This document shows positions 54,433 through 64,000 of a stretch of 64,000 nt of DNA, one piece after another (within the stretch, counting starts at the first letter, position 1; each line of letters begins with the position of its first letter). Source of the stretch: Octopus vulgaris (lineage: Eukaryota); NCBI GenBank assembly GCA_951406725.2, contig OX597818.1, positions 79,360,001 through 79,424,000 of the forward strand, written 5' to 3'. The notes under the pieces were generated by a model. That model made no database searches, was not told the origin of the DNA, and was given only the letters and a program-made list of their open reading frames with translations. The position numbers and the translations under genes were made by a program.

Positions 54433-55824
54433 TATATATGTTTATATATTTTTATTTATCTGTTTATTTGACTATTGAAACAACATTCAGCCTTTGCCAA
54501 CGTGAAATAAAATTCACAGGGATTGATCGCTTGATTCCAGATGAACGGTTCTAAGTCCTCTGTAGAAGAAAAGAGAAACACCCGGGCGTTAGGAAAAATA
54601 CCTTGAGGTATATAGTAACGTTAGTGAAGGCGTGTGATATACTGGTATGGATAAAAAGTTCGTGATTTCTCTATACTTGGACCCGGAACTGCGTTTTGCT
54701 CGCAATGCATAATCGTGCGAAGGGCTGGAGTCCGGTTTAAGGGTAAAGTTGTAATCTCAGTCCCTTATACGCCATAGAAACTGGGTCACATATGGCCCTA
54801 GGGGTCCTAAGATTCAAGACAATAATGTCTGGGGGTCGATGATAATGAAGACGATGGTGATGATGATGAAGATGATGATGACGACGACAATGACAGCGAC
54901 GGCGACGACGACGACGACGACGACAACGGCGACGATGATTATGGTGCTGATTATGGTGATCATGTCTTTGTTACTGCTGAGTCGACAGATAATCGTTTGG
55001 TATACAATGACATCACATTCTAATCTAATTGTATTTCGTTTACTGGGTTCAGATCTCGTTGGAAATAGTTTTGATTTTTATTTTCCTCTCCCTGTTTCAT
55101 AACATGAATGGAAAACTTTTTTCCGTTCAGATTAAAGCCATAGGGGAAAAAAAGGATCTCCTTTGTTATATATCTTTTTAGGTTTTTTTTAATCATGATA
55201 AATAATAATTGGCGGAGACCTTTATCGAGGGTCTGCTTCCTCACCAAATAATCCAAGATTAAATATAGCATTTAAAAAAAGGATAGTTACTGAGAGAGAA
55301 AGAAACGATATATATTTCAACAACAGCACAGAAGATTCTCGCATGTATACTATTTGATTAAATGTCAGGCAGGACTACGTTATGGGTTCAAATCCGATAG
55401 AGGTATGGTCTAGTGTTTATCTTTTTCGGATTGCAGAACTAATTATCAGTACGGCAGGAGTCTATTCAATAACCAAATAAAACAAACGGGTGTCTTTAAA
55501 CTTAGTTCAGACATCTTTATCAGCGAAAAGTGTATACATACATAGATTTAATTTGTCTTTATTTGTTACAATCATTGGACTGCGCCCAATGCTAGGTCAC
55601 CGCCTTGAAGGGTTTTAGTTAAACAAATCGACTCTAGTACCTATGTTATTTTTTTCAACTGGTATTATTATAGCGGTAAGAAGGGAAAAGCTGTAATTTC
55701 TGGATGTCTGGTTTTCAATTTGACTGCATGGCCGCAGTCAAATAACTCAAACATATAAATGAATAAAAGAATATATAACTATGTGTATATATTTACTTAT
55801 GTCTGTATCATGTATGTATGTATG

Positions 55825-55858
<34 letters not shown>

Positions 55859-56898
55859 TGTATTTATCTATCTATCTATCTATCTATCTATATATATATA
55901 TATATATATATATATAGATCGATAGATAGATAGATACATACATACATACATACATACATACATACATACATACATACATACAAACATGCATACATTCATA
56001 AGTAAATATATACACATATTTAGACATTCTTTTATTCTTTTAAATGTTAGATTCATTTGACTGCGGCCATGCTGGATCACCGCCTTTCCATATATATATA
56101 AATTTAAATTGAAAACCAACTAATTGAACTACCGAGAAGATTTATGAATAGTACGCCAATCTATGTTCCCGATTAACCCAGGAAAATCAAACTGAATGCT
56201 GGTTATTGTGGAGTCGTTGCATTTTAGTGATCATAGAATATATAAATTTGCAAGCCATGTAAAGTAGAGGTGCTGAAGTGTTTTGGGAGTAGATTACGGA
56301 TAATGACTACAAAATATAGTTGTTTTACAGGAAAGCGAAATTTCTTGTCAGAAACAGCCACAAAAATAGTGTAATGAAATTGAAGGAAGTCCTCGAAACT
56401 TCCCCACTGCTTGTTTATTTTTTTCAACAGCAAAGGAATCTATTTTTTCGGAGACATAAGCTAACAAAAGCCACCTTTATTCTGTCTTCCTACATAACCT
56501 GCACATAAATTAACAGCGAATGCTGCATAAAGTTAAATTGACATGAAGCTTTCTGAAAGATACGTATAGCTTTCGTAAATGGAAACAAAGCTCTTATGTA
56601 AAGGTTGATTCTTTAGGACGAGTCATATACGATTGTTTAAAAAAAAGGCTAGTACGACAATACTAAAACGTATTTGAAACAATGGACAACAGTCGGAATA
56701 TCATAATGGAAGGGTAAATAAGCATCTTTACAGTGAAACAACGCATTGGTAGGTAAAGAAATGTATCGAGAAATATAAGAGAGGGAAGGAAACATCACCT
56801 TTCAAGTAACTCAGAATACACAAAGGTAAGTTTGCCAAAGTTTAATGCAGTTTAAATATGGAGATTAAGATTGTTTGGCATTAGATATTTATCGCATA

Positions 56899-57262
56899 CA
56901 GTGTTCCTAGCCAATTTAACAACTGTGGCAGGCGATCAGTCGAAAAAATAGACAAAATCCTTTCACTTTTATAAAAAGATTAAAAAATTAATGAAGACCC
57001 TACATACAAAAGTGATATGTCCTTTTAGGTCCATTTACCCGGGAGCTCTGGGCAAAATGTTTAGTGCATGACCATCCTTGGGACATAAGTAATGTGAGTG
57101 TAAAGTTTGATAAAAATAGGTTGGGAATTGTGGAAATGTATGCGTTCAGTGTTCCTAGTCAATTTAATCACGGATGCTGGTGGACAGTGGAAATAAATAA
57201 ATAAATAAATAAATAACTAAATAGACAAAATCCTTTCACTTTTATAAAAAAGATTAAAAAAC
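56899..57262. repeat. Direct repeat of ~90-110 bp (56899-56988 and 57147-57262), possibly tandem non-autonomous Helitron 5' ends on the minus strand
   Basis: CAGTGTTCCTAG.CAATTTAA...AAATAGACAAAATCCTTTCACTTTTATAAAAAGATTAAAAAA occurs twice. Confidence 0.7.
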
Positions 57263-57377
57263 ATAAATGCACATACACTTACAAACCGACATACACATAC
57301 ACGCAAACACACTCACGCATACACAGACACACACGCACACAGACAGACATACACACACATATGTATGAAAAAATACG

Positions 57378-57483
57378 AATGGCTTTTTCTGATAATTTTA
57401 CCACGTTAGTAATTAGATGCTTAAATACCTTATGATTTATAGACATCTATTTACTGATGTGGAAAATTATCAGAAAAGCCATT
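57378..57483. repeat. ~105-nt hairpin
   Basis: AATGGCTTTTTCTGATAATTTTACCACGTTAGTAATTAGATG pairs with CATCTATTTACTGATGTGGAAAATTATCAGAAAAGCCATT. Confidence 0.85.
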
Positions 57484-57570
57484 TCTCTACCTCCTTCCTA
57501 TGTGTATGTATGTACATATGTATGCATGTATGTATGTATGTATGTATGTATGTATGTATGTATGTATGTA

Positions 57571-57611
<41 letters not shown>

Positions 57612-57984
57612 CTATATACATATGTGTGTATGTATACATATGTATATATATATAGGAAGAGAGAGAGAGAGAGTGTGTGGAAGAAAGGGATAGTGAGAGA
57701 CAGATAGACAGAGATAGAGAGATAGATAAATGTAAATATATATATATATATATATACATACATATATACATATGTGTGTATGTATACATATGTATATATA
57801 TAGAGAGAGACAGAGTGAGAGACAGATAGACAGAGATAGAGAGATAGAGAGATGTGTATGTATATATATATATATGTATGTGTGTGTATGTATGTATGTA
57901 TGCATGTATGTGTGTGTGTATGTATGTATGTATGTATGTATGTATGTATGTATGTATGTATGTATGTATGTGATAGATGGATAT

Positions 57985-60900
57985 GGGAGCAAAACAAGTG
58001 CTACAACTTAGCAAACACTAACATAACAAGTGCAACATAAGCAAGTTCCTAATTTCGGCAAGTGCCATCTCACTAAGTCCTGCACAAAAATGAAAGTATT
58101 GATCAGCAGAAATTGACCTCTTAACCTTTGAATTATCAACTATAATAACCTTAAAAACCGGCTAAACTAACTGCTACAATTTGTAATCCGGTTATAAACA
58201 ACTTTCAAAAAATTAAATTTTTAAAAAATAATTTCACACTTTGAAAAATGGAAATTGAAATGAAAATAGTAGAAACGCAAAGAGGTAAAGACAAGATTCT
58301 CTATTGAGGGCATTCATACAGGGGCTGGAACAATAACGAAAAGTACTGTTTGCTGTAGATGCAGCGATGAGAATTGTTCTGGGTCGATTTCAACGCCTCT
58401 GAACGAAAAGTTAAAGAATGTTATCTTCATAACCACGTACCAGCCCTTGCTAAACAAAACGTCGAGAAAGACTTAAACAATATGGCATCCGAAGCCGTTA
58501 CCACGCAGGTACCTCTTCCCCGAACAATAAGTGATACACTACTAGGTATGACAAAAGAAGAATTGGTTCGAGTTCCGAAACGAAAGGCGTTGACAAGCAG
58601 AATCCAGAGGAAACTCAAGGCAAGTTGAAGTAGAGTTTCCGCCAGAACCAGCAACGGCCGCCGACTTGATGATCCACGCACAGTACTAAACTGCAACTCA
58701 CGGAGCTGATGAGGTCAGATTCTTGTAAGAAGATGCGCCTGGTGTACCAGATCAAATCGTTATTTTTCCTACTGACAGCATGCTTAGACAAGACAAGCCA
58801 CAGCCATTATGTGTGACGGTACATTCACAATCGCGCCAAGGCAATTTTAGCAGATTTATACGGTGCACTTCATAAAGCTCGTCGTCGTGTTAGCCATTAT
58901 TTATGCTGTTATTCTGTCCTAAGCTCAAGCTATTTATGACCGTTTATGTGACGTTATACTGTGTCAGCTTCCTAACTTTTCACTTCAATATGCAGATTTT
59001 GAAATAGCAGCTCTGAAGGCTCTCAGGCAGGTCTTCTACAACTGTCAATTAAAAATTTGTTTCTTTTTTCCCCTTTTCGGGAGCTATATGGCGGAAAATC
59101 CAGGCACTTGGACTACATCGAAAATGAGCAGGTAAGGCACAATAGTTTGTGCGCTTTGGCGCTTCTACCGGAAGCGCTTGTTGTAAATGTGTATGAAAAC
59201 ATAGATGAAGATATATCTCAAGCAAATATTGCCACTATGAATTTACAGCCCTTAGTTTCATACTTTGAAGAGACTTATATCGGAAGATCAACGCGGCGTC
59301 AGGCCCACTTTTTTCCCTTAATTTATGGAAAGGCAGAGAATGAACACTAAAAGGAATCCCAAGACAAATAAATCAACTAGAAGGATCGCACAGGAGAACA
59401 CGGACATAATCTGATTGTTCTCAACCTACTACTTGGAGGTTCATTAATGGTTTTAAGGAAGAAGCCCTGCAACATGCAGCTTTGCTACATATTCTTATAA
59501 GCGAAAATGCCCCAGCTTCAAGAAAAGAACAAAGAGATATCAACTCAAGGATTTCAAGCCTTATTGAACTCCACACCAACGGTGCAGTGAGGACAAAAGA
59601 CTTCTATTCCTGTACTGCTTACAACATCATCATGAATGTCTGAGTGATAAACTAAAAATTATTAAAGTATCTCTCTCTATATAAAAGGCACTTTGTCTGT
59701 CTGTGTGTCTGTCAGGTTGTACCCTCACCCTGACCACGGCTTTCAACCGATTCTGATGAAACTTGACACACACATAGCCCAATGTCATAATTCAAAATTA
59801 ACGCAGCGAAAATTTTGAAACGTTCCCCCAGTTCTGAAAAAAATCGATAAATAAGACATGGGGTCGAGAATTTAAGCCTTTCATATGCAACACATTTTCT
59901 GTTGTAGTTTTCGCAACTTGCAATCGATTTTCACCAAACTCATGGTGAAGCTTAATGTTACCCTAAGAAACTTAATTATGACGTTAGTTTTCCATGCAAT
60001 ACCTTACCATCAGAAAAAATCGATAAAATCATGCCATTTTGGGAAATCGCGTTCAAATTCAAGATGACATATTTTCAACAATATCTTTAACAAATTGGCA
60101 GGAATTTTTTTTAAAATTCACAGCGAGCATCATGTCTGCTCCAAGGAGCTATATGGCCCTTTTTATTCCAATAGGATACTGTATTACTGGAAAAAATCGG
60201 TTAATTAAATCATATGTGGCACACATAGCAAACCGATTTGTGTATTAAACACAAACCACAGACTGTCTAGGAGACGCAACTCGACCTTCTTAAACTCTCT
60301 TACTCCCCCAAATAACTATCAAACAGCTATCGATAATTCAACCCACAGGGGGAAATCTAGACTTAATCTTCAAGGTATCCCACATACAAACCAAAGATTA
60401 CATCGAAACCTCCAGACTAACCTAAGTTTTGGTGAACCAATTCCTACCAGGAAGAAATTACATTCGATACTTTACCCCCAACACCGCCAGTCCATCAATA
60501 AATCCCAAGGCCAAATGCTACAAGTCGCTGGGTTACATTTGGGCGAACAGTGCTTCGCCCACGGTCAACTCTACGTGGGCTGTTCACGCGTTGGGAGGCG
60601 CAATGATGTTTTCATGTTTTCGCCCAAAGGGACAGCTAGGAGAACGTCGTATACACAGAAGTATTCGAGTGAAGAGAAGACATTGCAACCTACACATACG
60701 CCTTCGTTCCCTAAAGGGAAAGGACTAGATCGGGATTAGTCGTTGCCTACTAGGGGCTCTTACATACGCGGGCAACGCCGGGCTATGCTGCTAGTATAGT
60801 AATATTTTTGCCTTTATATCCTGTGTTTAAACACAGCTTGCTGAAATGGTGCTTGCTGATTTCAGGCATTTGCCATATCGAAGGGACTTGTTGAGCTGGG

Positions 60901-61040
60901 CAATACGAAATTGGTAACTTTCTTGGTTTGTACTTGCTATGTTAAAGCCTGCTAACACGTGGCACTTGGTGAAATGTTAAAATGTTATCTGCTAAAATTC
61001 TACTTGTTGAGATTAAATTTGTTCAGTTAGGGTGCAATCG
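57985..61040 (+). mobile_element. Decayed MULE/Mutator transposon with FLYWCH plus MULE transposase (58248-59643)
   Basis: ETQRGK..LY*GHSY, HNH, DGTFTIAPRQF*QIYTVH, DFEIAALKA, AIWRKIQALG, LCALALLP, YFEETYI; degenerate CAAGT/ACTTG-rich inverted termini, so boundaries are approximate. Confidence 0.85.
59670..60794 (+). mobile_element. Non-autonomous Helitron nested in the MULE, carrying a PIF1 helicase C-terminal fragment
   Basis: A|TC start and CTAG|T end preceded by a GC-rich hairpin-like CGGGCAACGCCGG; INKSQGQMLQVAGLHLGEQCFAHGQLYVGCSRVG at ~60495-60600. Confidence 0.88.
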
Positions 61041-61045
61041 ATAGA

Positions 61046-61112
<67 letters not shown>

Positions 61113-61214
61113 AATTATTAGTTCAGCAAAAATTTAGATTCAAATGAATATGGTACTTAATTTAGATGCACCAGAATTTTGTATGGTGTTATCCATAAAA
61201 ATCCGTGGGGTGAT

Positions 61215-61601
<387 letters not shown>

Positions 61602-61605
61602 CATA

Positions 61606-61646
<41 letters not shown>

Positions 61647-62104
61647 TCATGCATACATACATATACATACATAGATACATATGTGTATTATGTGAGTGTA
61701 TACGCGCGCGCATGTGTGTGTGTGTCTATATAAATAATTAGTACGTAGCTTCAAAAACATGTTTTAATATTTAGAATATCTCATTTGTAGAGTTCTATTG
61801 GATCTACGAGATTTTCTTATTCATATAATAAATAACCTTACCAAGTTCTACATACAACTTCAATTTAATCATAGCGTAAGCCATATCCATATTTTATATA
61901 TACTTTACCTACAAATATTATTATAAACTGGTGTGAGTCATTCATTTACTGAAGTACCCAACAGGTATGGACGTCTATATATATATATATAGATATATAT
62001 ATATATACATATATATATATGGAGGTATATATATGCATATATGTATGTGTATATATATAAGTATGTATATTTTGTCTGTATATATATATATATATATACA
62101 TATA

Positions 62105-62213
<109 letters not shown>

Positions 62214-62507
62214 GTGTGATTTCTTTCTTAAAATACTACAGTGAAATGTTGTTATATTGAACCTTGAAAACTATTGTATATTAATTACTTTAGTCTTTTG
62301 CGCTATACTTTTCCGCATTAATCTGATTTATTGCATTCGTACGATTTTCTTTGCTGTAGTTTCCATTCTATGGGTTCTGCATCAACGAAATCTGATTAAT
62401 TTACATTGAATAACTTCTTTTCATCCTTTGCATGTTCGCAGATCTGTGTATACTAGTTAACAGTTGCAAGCTTTGTTGTAATACAGTGTTGTATCAAATA
62501 GTATATA

Positions 62508-62559
<52 letters not shown>

Positions 62560-62834
62560 ATACCCCTGATAGCGAATGTAGCGTAGATGGTGAAGGTGAT
62601 GTGATTGGGTGAAGTCGCTCAATATTGGTTTACAATCATTTATATATGGCATGAGTCATTGACAGACGGAATGTGAGAATATGTGTTCTGAAGATCCATT
62701 AAACGGCCCAGTCAACTTTGATGCAAATAGGTGCCTCAGAGTATTGTATGTCATCTTTTAGAATACCAGTCGTGCTCTCTGATTTATAAACGCGTATTTC
62801 AGTGGATTGCTGAGCGGTGACAACGCAGGGGTTT

Positions 62835-62868
<34 letters not shown>

Positions 62869-62945
62869 GCATATATATATATATATACATATACATATAC
62901 ATATGCATATATATATATATATATATATGCACACACAGACACACA

Positions 62946-63865
62946 CAGGGTGCGATGAGTAAATTGGCGCCATTTTATATATTTTAATTTCGCGCATGCG
63001 TATTGTTTGTTTTAGATTTTGTTGACTAGAGTATAGTAGAGTAAGTTGGAGACCGTCTGTGAGAAAACAGTACCATGACGCAATTCACTTTGCCAGAAAT
63101 TTGGAAACGACATGCTGTACTGCTTGGCATTCGTGTCGAAAGATCCAATACGAACATTTCAGAGTTCTTGGGTGTCAATCTGAGGAGAGTGCAGAGGATT
63201 CGGAAAGAGTTGGATGAGTCTAATGGCGATTACGAAGGTACAGCAGCTCGGAAAACTCACTCCGATTGTTCTGATAAGAGACAAACTCCTGAATTTGTTG
63301 GTGAGATCCAGGCCATGATTGACAACGATCCCTCCAAGTCAATTAGGTCCATTGCCAGAGACATGGGAGTCTCTGAGATACTTATCAGGCAGGTAGTGGA
63401 TGAAGACATTCGGTATTCCTCATACAAAATTAGAAAGGGCCAATTTTTTTATCCCAAACCATCGAGGAAAACTGTGCTACGAAACCTTTGAACAAACCCA
63501 AGCATCCCCTCCAACCAAACATGCTTTGTTTTTTCCCAAACGAGAAAAGTTTCAGCCAGTATCAGATGGTGAACACAGAACAACCGTTGGCTGTCCCCAA
63601 AACATGTACCGAGAGTGATAAAAATCAAGCCCCTAGTCAACATCATGGTGTTTGGAGTGATCCCTACTAATGGCGACGTTATGCCTACATTCATCTTCCA
63701 ACACGGTCTCACACTCAACACAGGAAGTGTTGCCCTGAGTCAAGATGGTGGCTGCTGGAAGAACCTATGTCATACAACAGGACTATGCACCATGCACACA
63801 AGCAAGAGAACCCAGTCGAGGGCTGTCAGACAATTTCTATGACCACATCACCCCTAACATCTAGC
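62946..63865 (+). mobile_element. Tc1/mariner transposon (maT/DD37D-like), frameshifted and 3'-truncated
   Basis: CAGGGTG terminus; HTH region DPSKSIRSIARDMGVSE; FFPNEKSF, IMVFGVI..GDVMPTFIF and QQD..PCT remnants. Confidence 0.85.
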
Positions 63866-64000
63866 TAGACTATATAATATACATTTAAACGGTCGTCTCT
63901 TATGTGTTTAAATGTATATATATATATATATATATGTATACTAGAAAATTTAGACAAATACGTATAATTTGATTAGCGTATTTAAATACTGAGAAGAACA

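Noticed and set aside
62686-62710. CTGAAGA-TCC possible hammerhead start
   Set aside because: No downstream GAAA or stem III

Overview
Eukaryotic, AT-rich, repeat-dominated genomic DNA with no intact host gene. The SINE families and the very high microsatellite load point to an octopus (coleoid cephalopod) genome; this is an inference. Nearly all ORFs in the supplied track are microsatellite artefacts. Recognisable content: two abundant tRNA-derived SINE families; several R4/Dong-type restriction-like-endonuclease LINE remnants and a ~540-bp non-coding element, nearly all embedded in (TAA)n tracts; a Tx1/L1 3' end; two ORF1-only L1/Tx1-like elements; Penelope-like (PLE) remnants; decayed DNA transposons (MULE with a nested Helitron, two Tc1/mariner, a HINE/Helentron-like element); and a ~2-kb, ~161-bp satellite with higher-order structure. 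The most interesting signal is a set of short fold-back elements, mostly in (TA)n tracts, that carry minimal hammerhead-ribozyme motifs with covarying stems. The window also has many local inverted duplications and possible traces of a heavily decayed minus-strand sushi/EGF-type gene. Coordinates were read by eye and may be off by a few bases.
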